This document shows, in pieces, positions 1 to 9,501 of a stretch of 64,000 nucleotides of DNA. The notes beneath the pieces were generated by a model. That model made no database searches. It was given only the letters and a program-made list of their open reading frames with translations, and was not told where the DNA came from. The first letter of the stretch is position 1, and each line of letters opens with the position of its first letter. The position numbers were made by a program, and so were the translations under genes. The stretch is taken from NCBI GenBank assembly GCA_018969225.1, contig JAGWYS010000001.1, positions 2,279-66,278 of the forward strand, in the 5' to 3' direction. The DNA is from Gemmatimonadota bacterium (GTDB lineage Bacteria; Gemmatimonadota; Gemmatimonadetes; Gemmatimonadales; Gemmatimonadaceae).

Positions 1-377
1 CCGAACCCGCCCAGCACGCGACCGCTGGCCAGCAGGGGCACGTAGCGCGCCACTTGGGCGGGCGTGCCGAAGTTGACGATGGGCGACGTGCCCAGCGTGG
101 TGTGGGCGCTGATGGTGATGGCGTGCGAGGCGCACACCTTGGCCAGCTCCTCGATGGCGATCATGAAGGCGAGCGTGTCGAAGCCGGCCCCGCCCAGCTC
201 CTCGGACCACGGGATGCCCATGAGCCCCAGCTCGCCCATGGCCTTGACGGTCTCCCACGGAAAGGTGGCGTCCGCGTCGTGCCGGGCGGCCACCGGGGCC
301 ACCTGGTCACGGGCGAAGGCGCGCACCAGGTCGCGGACTGCGTGGTGCTGCTCGGAGAAGTACAGGCTGTCGTCCAT
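1..377 (-). CDS. Acyl-CoA dehydrogenase (5' part; runs off window start)
   Basis: Manual translation from ATG 377: MDDSLYFSEQHHAVRDLVRAFARDQVAPVAARHDADATFPWETVKAMGELGLMGIPWSEELGGAG..., a typical ACAD N-terminal domain. Not in the ORF track. Confidence 0.9.
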   Translation of the reverse strand, partial: MDDSLYFSEQHHAVRDLVRAFARDQVAPVAARHDADATFPWETVKAMGELGLMGIPWSEELGGAGFDTLAFMIAIEELAKVCASHAITISAHTTLGTSPIVNFGTPAQVARYVPLLASGRVLGGF

Positions 378-404
378 GGGTAGAGCTGGAGGAAGGAGAA
401 TCGA

Positions 405-2177
405 CTACGCGGGCAGCGGATGCCGCCGCGTGCGCGACACGCGCGGCGGCTCGTGCGCCGAGGAGCCCAGACACCGGTCACAGCCGGCGCACGCCTCGCG
501 CGCCGCCGGGTCCCCGAAATACCGCAGGAGGTACGCCCGACGGCAATAGCGCGTTTGCGCGTACTGCTGCATGGAATCGAGCCGCTCCAGGTCCGCCTGC
601 CGACGCCGCTCAAGGACGGTCCAGTCCACCGGCACCGTGGCCTCCTTCAGGCGCTCCACCGGAATCCGCCAGCCGCCCCCCACCCGCGACCACGCCACGA
701 ACTGCTCCGCGTCGAGCCGTTCGAGAACCGGGACGACGCCGGTCGCGCCGTGGAAGCCCGGGGGCAACCCGTCCAGATCGATGGACACACCGTCCGCCAG
801 GCGGCGCCCGACGGCGCGCCACAGCGCACGGAGCAGCTCCCGGTCGTACTCGCGCGCCCCTGCCAGCTCACGCGTGATCCGCGCCGGGGTGGCCAGCAGC
901 CGCACCCAGACCCGCCCAGGGGTTGGCGGCTCGGGAACGCAGGCGCCGGCGCCCTGCAGGATGCGGAGCGCGGCCTCCACCTTGCGTGCGCCGACCTCCC
1001 GCGGGAGCGCGGCCACCGCATCCTCCAGCAGGTCCGCGACCAGCCCGCTGCCATCGGCGCGCTGCACCAGCCACCGCCACAGCTGCTCCACCACCCGCCG
1101 ATCGGGGTGCGCGTTGCTGATGAAGAACTCGTGCGTGAACCGGTCGGGATAGGCGTGCAGCAGCACACACCGGCTGGGGCGCCCGTCGCGCCCGGCGCGT
1201 CCGGCCTCCTGATAGTACGCCTCCAGCGATCCCGGCATGGCGTGGTGGACCACGAGCCGCACGTCGGGCTTGTCTATCCCCATGCCGAACGCACTGGTGG
1301 CGACGATGACGCGCACCTCCTCGGACATGAAGGCGTCCTGCGCCCGTCGCCGCGGCGCATCGTCGAGGCCGGCGTGGTAGGCCACCGCGCGGATGCGGCG
1401 CCGGTTGAGCACGCCGGCCACCCGCTCCACGGCCTTGCGCGTGGGCGCGTAGACGATGGCGGGCCCCTGGGCCTCGCGCAGCCACGTCACCGCCGCCTCG
1501 TCCTTGTCATGCTGCGTGCGGGTGGGGGCCACGTGATAGGTCAGGTTGGTGCGGTCGAACCCTGCCACGACCACCTGCGGCGCGCGCAGGCCAAGCTGCC
1601 GCACGATGTCCGCGCGCACGTCCGGGGTGGCGGTGGCGGTCAGCGCCACGGTCTGCGGCCCGCCGAGCTGATCGCGAATGTGGCCGATGCGCCGGTAGCT
1701 GGGTCGGAAGTCGTGGCCCCACTCGCTGATGCAGTGCGCCTCGTCCACCGCCAGCAGTGCGACGCCCACCTCCCGAAGCCGGCGCATCATCCGTCCCCCC
1801 TCCACGCGCTCGGGGGCGAGGTAGAGGATCCGGATGCGGCCGTCTTCCACCCGCGCGAGACGGTCCGCCACCTCGCCGGGCCCCAAGGTGCTGTTGATGA
1901 AGGCCGCCGGCAGGCCGCGCCGCTCGAGCGCCTCCACCTGGTCCTTCATGAGTGAAATGAGCGGGGACAGCACCAGCGTCAGGCCGCCGCGCAGGAGCGC
2001 CGGCACCTGGTAGCAGAGCGACTTGCCGCCGCCCGTGGGGAGCACGATGAGAGCATCCCGTCCGCCCAGCACCGCCTCCACGGCGGGGACTTGCGGGGGG
2101 CGGAAGTCGGGATGGCCGAAGCGGTCGCGCAAGAGCGCGCGCGCGGCCTCCAGCGCGGGGGGGACGGGCGGTGTCAT
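405..2177 (-). CDS. recQ: RecQ-family ATP-dependent DNA helicase
   Basis: LPTGGGKSLCYQ, VDEAHCISEWGHDFRP, ATSAFGMGIDK, YYQEAGRAGRDG and a C-terminal Zn motif CRR...CAGCDRC. No HRDC domain is evident. Start taken at ATG 2177 (MTPPV). Confidence 0.93.
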   Translation of the reverse strand: MTPPVPPALEAARALLRDRFGHPDFRPPQVPAVEAVLGGRDALIVLPTGGGKSLCYQVPALLRGGLTLVLSPLISLMKDQVEALERRGLPAAFINSTLGPGEVADRLARVEDGRIRILYLAPERVEGGRMMRRLREVGVALLAVDEAHCISEWGHDFRPSYRRIGHIRDQLGGPQTVALTATATPDVRADIVRQLGLRAPQVVVAGFDRTNLTYHVAPTRTQHDKDEAAVTWLREAQGPAIVYAPTRKAVERVAGVLNRRRIRAVAYHAGLDDAPRRRAQDAFMSEEVRVIVATSAFGMGIDKPDVRLVVHHAMPGSLEAYYQEAGRAGRDGRPSRCVLLHAYPDRFTHEFFISNAHPDRRVVEQLWRWLVQRADGSGLVADLLEDAVAALPREVGARKVEAALRILQGAGACVPEPPTPGRVWVRLLATPARITRELAGAREYDRELLRALWRAVGRRLADGVSIDLDGLPPGFHGATGVVPVLERLDAEQFVAWSRVGGGWRIPVERLKEATVPVDWTVLERRRQADLERLDSMQQYAQTRYCRRAYLLRYFGDPAAREACAGCDRCLGSSAHEPPRVSRTRRHPLPA

Positions 2178-2229
2178 GACGACAGGATGCCACACCAGCG
2201 TCGGCGAGGCGTCATTCCGCCCCGCCGGC

Positions 2230-4746
2230 TCACACAGCGCGCACGAAATGCCCGCGCGTGAACTCCCCGTGCACGGCTCGCCGGCTGGCCTCAAGGTCGG
2301 CCCGCGCACCACGCCCCAGCGCGTCCAGCGCATCCCGAAAGCTCCGCGTGACCGCGCCCACGGCATGGTCCGGCATGTTGAAGAGCAGCTGGTACCCGCG
2401 GATCCCCGCCGCCCATAGGGCGGGCAGGAACTCGGCGCCGTCCACGGGGCGGGAATGGAGCAACCGGTTGCGGCAGGCGCTGTCGGTGGCCACCGGGAAC
2501 GTGTACCCCGCCGGGTCGGTCAGGGTGACGTGGGTGTGCTGCCGCACGCACAGGTCGCGACAGGTGGTGGGCACGCGGTCGAACGCGGCCGACAGGACGC
2601 AATGCTCGATGGTCATCCCCTCGGGGCGACCGAACACGACCACATCGAATCCGCGGCCATCCCATGGCGCGACCAGCGCCTGCAACTCCGACGTGGTGAG
2701 CTCAATCGACGCCACCAGCCGGCGCGCGCCGAGCTCCCGGATGAAGGCCGCGGTGTGCGGATTGAACGCGTTGACGGCGTAATCGGCGACGACATCCCGG
2801 CCTTCGCCGGCCCATTCGGCGACGAGCCCGAGGTGCCCCGCCTGGAGCGGGATGTCGAGCGCCAGCCACTTGGCCAGCCGCGCCCGCTCCTCGGGGCGGA
2901 TGATGGTGGGCAGGCGCAGTCGCAGCCCCACGCCGCGGGCCGCCAGCGCCTCGTGGAGGGCACGCACCCGGGCCAGCGGCGGAGCCGGGTGGCGCAGGAA
3001 CGGATCCAGCACCACCTCCGTCGCCCCGTGCTCGGCCGCGTCCATTCCCATCGCCGGATCGAAGACCACGGCCCGCAGCTGGAGCGGCTCCGCCGCCACG
3101 TCCGGCAGGTCGTCCACCTGGCGGACGGGCACGTCGCCCACCACCAGCGCGATACGCGCCTCCTCGGCCGCGGTTTCCCCGTCGGCCATCCACTCCGCCT
3201 GTTGCTGCAACCCGGCCACCGCCTCCTGCCGGATGCGATTCAGCTCGCTCACGGGAACGAACAGCCCCTCCGCCAACCCCGCCGTGTCCAGCCCGGCGAG
3301 CACAAACGTCGTGCCGCCCAGGCGCCCGAGGTGTCCGCGCAGCTGCGCCACGTCCAGCGGCCGCTGCGACGCCGGCGCCAACGGCGTGTCCCCGCGCACC
3401 ACCACCTCCAATGCGCCACTGGTCCACACGGTCTTGAGCGGGGCCCCGGCGCTCCCGAAGACGCGCACGGCCACCGGCCGGGTGCCCCGGGGGGCGGGCA
3501 CGGCCACTTCCGCAAAACTCGCCTGCGCCGCGCGCAGCAGCGTAGCGTCGCTGCTGCGCACGACCTGCCACCCCACCTGGGGGAGCACCACGCCCTGCGC
3601 GCCGCGCACGACGACCTGCTGGCGCACGGCGGCGGTGCCTGCACGCTCCTGCCGCACCTCCACCACACTCCCGCCCACGGGAGCCCCACCGATCCCGTCC
3701 GGCGGTTCAAAGCCCACCCCGTCGCCCACCGCCAACGGGCGGGCCACCTCCACCAGGACGGCCCGCTGCGCCCGTCCGGTGACAACCCCCAGGGGGACCC
3801 CCCGATTGTCCGGGTGCGTCCGCGTGACATACGCGCGCCCCGCGCGCCCGCCATACATCCCCCCCGTGTTGCCCCGCGAGAAGATCTGCACCAGCGGCAG
3901 CACCTCCTCCTCGATCGGCGGGGGCGCGGCCACACCGTCGCGCAGGCGGTCCAGCCACCCGCGGTAGCCCCGGGTCACGGTGGCCACATACTCCGGGCGC
4001 TTCTTCCGCCCCTCCACCTTGAGGCAGCCGATCCCCAGCTCGGCCAGCTGCGGGAGGTGGTCATGGGCTGCGAGGTCGCGCGCGGAGATCAGGTAGCCGC
4101 GGTCCAGCGCCTCGCCGGTGCGCCCGTCGGCCAGCACGTAGTCCTTCCGACAGGACTGGGCGCACGACCCGCGATTGGCGGAGCGCTCGCTGATCATGCC
4201 GGACATGTAGCACTGCCCGGAATACGAGATGCACAGCGCGCCGTGGACGAAGGTCTCGAGTCCGAGCCCGGGGACCGATTCCCGGATGCGGCGGATGTCC
4301 TCGAGGGTGTTCTCGCGCGCCAGCACCACGCGCTCCACCCCCAGCCGCTCCATCACGCGGGCACCGGCCTCGTCGTGCACGGTCATCTGGGTCGAGCCAT
4401 GCACCTCGAGCGCCGGGAACAGGCGGCGGATCAGCCGCACCACGCCAAGGTCCTGGACAATCGCGGCGTCGATCCCCCGGGCGACACACTCGCCAAGGTA
4501 CCCCAGGGCCTCCGCCAGCTCGTGCGCCTTGATCAGCACGTTGAACGTGAGGTACACCCGCACCCCGCGCCCGTGGGCGATCGCACACGCCTGCCCCAGC
4601 TCGTCGAGGGACAGCTGGGCGCCCTCGTCGCGGGCGTTGAAGCGGGCCGCGCCGAGGTACACCGCGTCGGCGCCGTTGGCCACTGCGGCACGGACGGCGT
4701 CCAGCGATCCCGCCGGGGCGAGCAGCTCAGGGAGGCGCACGGGCAT
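2230..4746 (-). CDS. U32 family Fe-S protein, long RlhA-like form (putative RNA hydroxylase)
   Basis: ELLAPAG, GADAVYLG, HGSTQM, HGALCISYSGQC..RGSCAQSCR (four Cys), LKVEGRKK, followed by a long C-terminal region with further Cys. Confidence 0.88.
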   Translation of the reverse strand: MPVRLPELLAPAGSLDAVRAAVANGADAVYLGAARFNARDEGAQLSLDELGQACAIAHGRGVRVYLTFNVLIKAHELAEALGYLGECVARGIDAAIVQDLGVVRLIRRLFPALEVHGSTQMTVHDEAGARVMERLGVERVVLARENTLEDIRRIRESVPGLGLETFVHGALCISYSGQCYMSGMISERSANRGSCAQSCRKDYVLADGRTGEALDRGYLISARDLAAHDHLPQLAELGIGCLKVEGRKKRPEYVATVTRGYRGWLDRLRDGVAAPPPIEEEVLPLVQIFSRGNTGGMYGGRAGRAYVTRTHPDNRGVPLGVVTGRAQRAVLVEVARPLAVGDGVGFEPPDGIGGAPVGGSVVEVRQERAGTAAVRQQVVVRGAQGVVLPQVGWQVVRSSDATLLRAAQASFAEVAVPAPRGTRPVAVRVFGSAGAPLKTVWTSGALEVVVRGDTPLAPASQRPLDVAQLRGHLGRLGGTTFVLAGLDTAGLAEGLFVPVSELNRIRQEAVAGLQQQAEWMADGETAAEEARIALVVGDVPVRQVDDLPDVAAEPLQLRAVVFDPAMGMDAAEHGATEVVLDPFLRHPAPPLARVRALHEALAARGVGLRLRLPTIIRPEERARLAKWLALDIPLQAGHLGLVAEWAGEGRDVVADYAVNAFNPHTAAFIRELGARRLVASIELTTSELQALVAPWDGRGFDVVVFGRPEGMTIEHCVLSAAFDRVPTTCRDLCVRQHTHVTLTDPAGYTFPVATDSACRNRLLHSRPVDGAEFLPALWAAGIRGYQLLFNMPDHAVGAVTRSFRDALDALGRGARADLEASRRAVHGEFTRGHFVRAV

Positions 4747-4752
4747 GGGTGC

Positions 4753-4758
4753 AAGCTA
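4753..4758 (-). promoter_or_regulatory. Putative -10 element (TAGCTT) for a leaderless U32 transcript
   Basis: TAGCTT lies 6 nt upstream of ATG 4746, with no Shine-Dalgarno sequence. Confidence 0.5.
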
Positions 4759-4786
4759 GCCGCCCCGCCAAGGGGCAGCGGCTAGC
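4755..4786. terminator. Inverted repeat, possible terminator at the end of the Atu/mutase gene run
   Basis: GCTAGCCGC(4755-63)...GCGGCTAGC(4778-86) with an inner CCC/GGG pair. The U-tract is weak. Confidence 0.4.
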
Positions 4787-4937
4787 CCGGTCGTCGCGGG
4801 AGGTAGCGGAGCCCCAGCGCGGCCGCCACGCCGGCAATCCCCACCCAGCGGAGCCACGGTGTGCCCGTGCGCAACGCCAGAGTGAAGGCGATGACCCCCA
4901 CCAGGATCAGGAGCACGCGCAGTTGCGTGCGCGTCAC
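4782..4937 (-). CDS. Small (51 aa) two-helix membrane protein
   Basis: The GTG start overlaps the upstream TGA (GTGA). Translation: MTRTQLRVLLILVGVIAFTLALRTGTPWLRWVGIAGVAAALGLRYLPRRPG*. Confidence 0.7.
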   Translation of the reverse strand: MTRTQLRVLLILVGVIAFTLALRTGTPWLRWVGIAGVAAALGLRYLPRRPG

Positions 4938-5287
4938 GCCGCCGCCGGGAGCCCGAGCTGGCGCGCCTCGTCGTCGGGCACGTCCAGCACCAGCCGCAGC
5001 AGCGCCGTGGAGAAGACCTTCCCCTGCGCGTCAGTCTTGAGCGAGAGAGTGCCGCCGCCGTCGAGCGCCCCGTGCAGCAGGAAGTTGAGCGCGTGCAGGT
5101 TGGGAAGCTCGAAGCGCTCCACCGGTCCGGTGAGCTGGCCGGCGAAGTGCGTCGCCACCACGTCCGCGGTGACCCGGGCGGCGAGCAGCGGGTACCACCC
5201 CGGTCGGAGGGCGATGAGACCGACATTGGCCGTGTCGCCCTTGTCGCCGCTGCGGGCGTGGGCGAGGTCGAGCAGGCGGACGCGCAT
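4934..5287 (-). CDS. AtuA-related small protein (equivalent of the AtuA C-terminal domain)
   Basis: AHARSGDKGD..N.G, VERFELPNLHALNF, ALDGGG..SL..DAQGK. Confidence 0.85.
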   Translation of the reverse strand: MRVRLLDLAHARSGDKGDTANVGLIALRPGWYPLLAARVTADVVATHFAGQLTGPVERFELPNLHALNFLLHGALDGGGTLSLKTDAQGKVFSTALLRLVLDVPDDEARQLGLPAAA

Positions 5288-5292
5288 GGGCG

Positions 5293-6660
5293 CTACTCCA
5301 GGATGTGGACGGCGGTGGAGACGGCCCGCTTGTCCAGGAGGGCGGGCCAGTAGGCCACGATCTCCTCCACCTTGGGACGGCCGCCGGCGAAGCCGGTCAC
5401 CGACGGGGGACCGTTGAGGACCAGCGGGGCGAGCTCGCGCGTGAAGCGCTCGACGGCGGCGCGGTCGCCGCCGCGCACGCCGATGCGGAACTGGACCTCG
5501 GGGGCGTCACGGCCGTCCCCGGCGAGCGCCCCGTGGGTCGCGGTGGCCCCCACGAACTCGGTGAGCACCTGGTCGAAGCGGAGCCCCAGGCGGTCGAGCC
5601 GCTCGCGCAGCACCCGGTCGGCCAACTGCGCCTTCTCCATGGCATCCGGCCACGCGTAGACCAAGGTGCCCACCGCCTTGAATCCCGCTCGGTAGGCGAT
5701 GGAGACCTTGAGAAAGGGGGTGGGCGCCCCCCCGGTGATCCCGTGCACGCGCACCCGGTCCGGTCCCGCCGCCTCCAGCCGGATGCTGGTGAAGTCGGCC
5801 ACCACGTCGGGGGTGATGTAGCGGGACGGGTCGCCCATCTCGTACACCAGCTGCTCGGTGACGCTGGGGACACTCACCCGCCCGCCCGTGCCCGGATGCT
5901 TGGTGATCACGAAGCTGCCGTCCGCTGTGGCCTCGGCGATGGGGTAGCCCACGTTGGCCAGGTCGGGGATGGAGCGCCACTCGTGCAGGCAGTTGCCACC
6001 CGAGCATTGGGCACCGCATTCCAGAATGTGCCCAGCAACGATCCCCGCCGCGAGGCGGTCCCAGTCGTCGGCGGCCCAGCCGAACTCATGGCGCAACGGC
6101 GCCATGGTCAGCGCCGTGTCGGTGCTGCGTCCGGTGACCACCACATTCGCGCCCCGCGCCAGGGCCTCGACGATGGGCCCTGAACCGATGTAGGCGTTGG
6201 CGGACAGGACGCGATCCCGGACGGCTGCCAGCGGCTCGCCGGTGTCCATGTTAGCCAGCGGGTGCCCGTCAGCGAGCAGCGCATCCAGCCGGTCAAGGAT
6301 GTCGTCGCCCGTGACCACCCCGACGCGTACCGTCCCCCGCACGCCGTGGCGCTGCGCCGCCTCCAGCAGCGCGTCGGCACACCCCTGCGGGTTCACCCCC
6401 CCGGCGTTCGCGATGACCTTGACGCCCCGGTGGGCGACGGCCGGAAACACCGACTCCATCGCGCCGATGAAGTCGCGGGCGTATCCCATGCGCGGATCGC
6501 GCTCCCGCTGCTTCTGAAGGATGGACATGGTGACCTCGGCCAGGTAGTCGAGCATGAGGTAGTCCACCGCGCCCCCCTCCACCTGGCGGCGCGGAGCCTC
6601 GAGCCAGTCGCCCCAGAACCCCTGCCCGCTGGCCACCCGCACGACGCGCGACGCGCTCAT
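5293..6660 (-). CDS. Acyclic terpene utilization AtuA family protein (DUF1446)
   Basis: [45 protein letters not shown]. Confidence 0.9.
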   Translation of the reverse strand: MSASRVVRVASGQGFWGDWLEAPRRQVEGGAVDYLMLDYLAEVTMSILQKQRERDPRMGYARDFIGAMESVFPAVAHRGVKVIANAGGVNPQGCADALLEAAQRHGVRGTVRVGVVTGDDILDRLDALLADGHPLANMDTGEPLAAVRDRVLSANAYIGSGPIVEALARGANVVVTGRSTDTALTMAPLRHEFGWAADDWDRLAAGIVAGHILECGAQCSGGNCLHEWRSIPDLANVGYPIAEATADGSFVITKHPGTGGRVSVPSVTEQLVYEMGDPSRYITPDVVADFTSIRLEAAGPDRVRVHGITGGAPTPFLKVSIAYRAGFKAVGTLVYAWPDAMEKAQLADRVLRERLDRLGLRFDQVLTEFVGATATHGALAGDGRDAPEVQFRIGVRGGDRAAVERFTRELAPLVLNGPPSVTGFAGGRPKVEEIVAYWPALLDKRAVSTAVHILE

Positions 6661-8285
6661 GCCGCCCCCTCGCCCATGGCGGCGGGGGGCATGGGCGGGA
6701 GGACGAAGGCGCCGAGGTGCGGCCCCGGGTTATGGGCCGCGGCACGCAAGGCCAGCGCAAGCATCGGACGGGTCTCCTCGGGGTAGATGATGGCGTCCAC
6801 GAACCCGCGCGCGGCCGCGTACCGGGCGTCGAGCTGGTGTTCGTAGTCCGCGCGCATGGCGTCGGCCGCCTGCCGGAGCTCCGGGGCCGGCGCGCCGCCG
6901 GCCCGGCGCGCCGCGTCAAGGGCGGGGCCGTGCACCGCCTGCACCGCCGCCTCCCCTTCCATGACTGCCATGCGCCCGGTCGGCCAGGAAAAGATGAAGT
7001 CGGGATCGAACCCCTGGCCGGCCATGGCGTAGTACCCGGCGCCGCTGGCGTGGTTCACGGTGAGCACGAGCTTCGGCACACGGGCGCACGCCATCGCCTC
7101 CACGAACCGGGCCCCGGCCCGGATGATCCCCTCGTGCTCGGCCTCCGTGCCGACCATGAACCCCGACACATCCTGCACGAACAGCAGCGGAATCCCCTGG
7201 CGGTCGCAGCGCTCGATGAAGAACGCCACCTTCTCGGCGCTCTCCGGGTAGATGATGCCGCCGAATCGCGGGCGCTCCCCCTCGCGCCCCTTGATGAGCC
7301 CCCGCTGGTTCGCGATGACGCCCACGGGGATCCCCTCGATGCGCGCGTCACCGCAGAGCATCTCGCCCGCACGCCCCGGCTGGAACTCGTCCAGCGCGCC
7401 TTCGTCGAGGATCGTGCGCAGCAGCGCGCGCATGTCGTACGACAGGCGATGGTCCGCGGGGAGGAGGGTGTAGGCGGTCGATGGCGGATCGGCCGGGGGC
7501 CGCCAGGCGGCGGGGGCCGGGAGGTGCGGGCGCGGGAGGCGCGCCACGAGCTCACGCACCTTGTCGAGGCAGGCGGCATCGGTGTCCAACGCGTAGTGCG
7601 CCACGCCCGACACCTCCGTGTGCGTCCGCGCCCCACCCAGCGTCTCCCCGTCCACCGTCTGGCCGGTGGCCCCCTTCACGAGGTTCGGGCCGCCGAGCCC
7701 CATGAACGAGGTGCCCTTGACCATCAGGATGACGTCGCTGAGCGCGGGCAGGTAGGCCCCGCCGGCGACGCACTGCCCCATGACCGCGGCGAACTGCGGG
7801 ATCCGCAGGTACCGGCGCATGATGGAGTTGTAGTAGAAGATGCGGGCGGCGCCGTATTGCCCCGGGAACACCCCCCCCTGATACGGCAGGTTCACCCCCG
7901 CCGAATCCACGAGGTACACGATGGGGAGCCGGCACCGCATGGCGATCTCCTGCGCGCGCAGGATCTTGGTGATGGTCTCCGGCCACCAGGCCCCGGCCTT
8001 CACCGTCGCATCGTTGGCGACCACCACCACATCCCGCCCGGCCACGGCGACGATCCCGGTGACCACCCCGGCGGCCGGCGCCTGGCCCTCATAGCGGTCG
8101 TGCGCCACGAGCAGCCCCACCTCCAGGAACGGCGCGTCGGGATCGGCGAGCCGCGCCACCCGTTCCCGTGCGGTGAGCTTGCCCAGCTCGTGCTGGCGGG
8201 CCGCCTTGTCGGGGCCCCCGCCCTGGCGCACCGTCGCCTCCAGGGCCCGCACCTCCTCGGCGAGCGCGCGGAGGCGGCCGCTCAT
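6657..8285 (-). CDS. Acyl-CoA carboxylase carboxyltransferase (beta) subunit, MCC/geranyl-CoA type
   Basis: [56 protein letters not shown] 8285 overlaps the upstream stop. Confidence 0.9.
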   Translation of the reverse strand: MSGRLRALAEEVRALEATVRQGGGPDKAARQHELGKLTARERVARLADPDAPFLEVGLLVAHDRYEGQAPAAGVVTGIVAVAGRDVVVVANDATVKAGAWWPETITKILRAQEIAMRCRLPIVYLVDSAGVNLPYQGGVFPGQYGAARIFYYNSIMRRYLRIPQFAAVMGQCVAGGAYLPALSDVILMVKGTSFMGLGGPNLVKGATGQTVDGETLGGARTHTEVSGVAHYALDTDAACLDKVRELVARLPRPHLPAPAAWRPPADPPSTAYTLLPADHRLSYDMRALLRTILDEGALDEFQPGRAGEMLCGDARIEGIPVGVIANQRGLIKGREGERPRFGGIIYPESAEKVAFFIERCDRQGIPLLFVQDVSGFMVGTEAEHEGIIRAGARFVEAMACARVPKLVLTVNHASGAGYYAMAGQGFDPDFIFSWPTGRMAVMEGEAAVQAVHGPALDAARRAGGAPAPELRQAADAMRADYEHQLDARYAAARGFVDAIIYPEETRPMLALALRAAAHNPGPHLGAFVLPPMPPAAMGEGAA

Positions 8286-8695
8286 GCGTCCTGCCGCTCC
8301 CGCTCCGCGAACCACTCGCGGATGTAGGCAATGAGATCCTGCGTGCTGGTGCCGGGCCCGAACAGCCGTCCGATGCCGCGCGCCTGCAGCGTCTCCATGT
8401 CCTCGCGGGGGATGATCCCCCCGCCAGTGACCAGGACGTCGTCGCGTCCGGCCTGCACGAGCAGGTCCCGCACGCGCGGGAAGAGCGTCATGTGCGCGCC
8501 GCTGAGGATCGAGAGGCCCACGACGTCCACGTCCTCCTGCACCGCCGCGGTGGCGATCATCTCGGGCGTCTGGTGCAGCCCGGTATAGATCACCTCCATT
8601 CCGGCGTCACGGAGGGCGGCGGCCACGACCTTGGCCCCGCGGTCGTGTCCATCGAGGCCGGGCTTGGCCACCAGCACGCGAATGGGTCGAGTCAT
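8282..8695 (-). CDS. Cobalamin-binding small subunit of an acyl-CoA mutase
   Basis: [10 protein letters not shown] (DxHxxG base-off/His-on motif), [18 protein letters not shown] at 8695. Confidence 0.93.
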   Translation of the reverse strand: MTRPIRVLVAKPGLDGHDRGAKVVAAALRDAGMEVIYTGLHQTPEMIATAAVQEDVDVVGLSILSGAHMTLFPRVRDLLVQAGRDDVLVTGGGIIPREDMETLQARGIGRLFGPGTSTQDLIAYIREWFAERERQDA

Positions 8696-8721
8696 GAGTC
8701 GAAAGGGTGTCGAGGAATCGC

Positions 8722-9501
8722 TTAAGCTAGCGCGGCGTCCTTGCGCGCCACCAGCAGCATCTCGCTGGATCGGCGCGTCAGGGGCCGGGCGGTCCATCCG
8801 TCCCACGCCTGCTCGACCACTAGCCCCACCTCCTGCAGGCGGGCGGCGAGCTCGGAGGCGGTGTACAGGCGAATGCGGTGCGTCCGCTCGCCCTCCCCGG
8901 CCGGCCCCCGCCACGTGGATGTGACCTCGAGGAAGCCGGAGAGCGGGTCGAACCGCCGCTCCTGCCCGAACAGCGTCCCGTCCTCGGTGGACCACCAGTC
9001 GCGGGCCAGGAAGCGCGCCATGACCCCGTCGCGACTTCCGCCGTGCCACACCAGCACCCCGCCCGGCTTGAGCACGCGGGCGAACTCCGCGAGGACCAGC
9101 CGGTCATCCTGCGGGGCGTCGAAGAAGCCGAAGGAGGTGAAGAGGTTGACGACAGCATCGAAGCGGCGCGTCCAGCGCGCCGGCAGCGCCCGCATGTCGC
9201 CCTGGTGCCACCGCACCGCTCGCGCCGACGCGCCGCGCGCGCGGGCCTCCTCGAGCAGCGTGGCCGAGTAGTCCACCCCGGTCACCCGGAAGCCGGCCTC
9301 CGCGAGCAGGTGCGCGTGCCGCCCCTGCCCGCAGGGGCAGTCGAGCACCGCCGCCCCCGCCGGCAGCCCCAGCGCCTCCTGCAGGCGCGCCACCTCCGCG
9401 CGGTCCCGCTCCGGGGTGAAGAGCGGCTCGTACTCGTGCAGGTACTGCCGGTCGAAGTGCGTCTGCCACCACGGCGGGGTAGCGGGGGCCCCGGCGCTCA
9501 G
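8722..9501 (-). CDS. Class I SAM-dependent methyltransferase (probable CTG start)
   Basis: [32 protein letters not shown]. The frame is open upstream of GTG 9393 through WWQTHFD to a CTG that overlaps the mutase stop. Confidence 0.85.
   Translation of the reverse strand: MSAGAPATPPWWQTHFDRQYLHEYEPLFTPERDRAEVARLQEALGLPAGAAVLDCPCGQGRHAHLLAEAGFRVTGVDYSATLLEEARARGASARAVRWHQGDMRALPARWTRRFDAVVNLFTSFGFFDAPQDDRLVLAEFARVLKPGGVLVWHGGSRDGVMARFLARDWWSTEDGTLFGQERRFDPLSGFLEVTSTWRGPAGEGERTHRIRLYTASELAARLQEVGLVVEQAWDGWTARPLTRRSSEMLLVARKDAALA

Noticed and set aside
8699-8714. TCGAA-N6-TCGAG upstream of the B12-binding subunit as a LexA site
   Set aside because: It has three mismatches to the candidate consensus and is likely chance.
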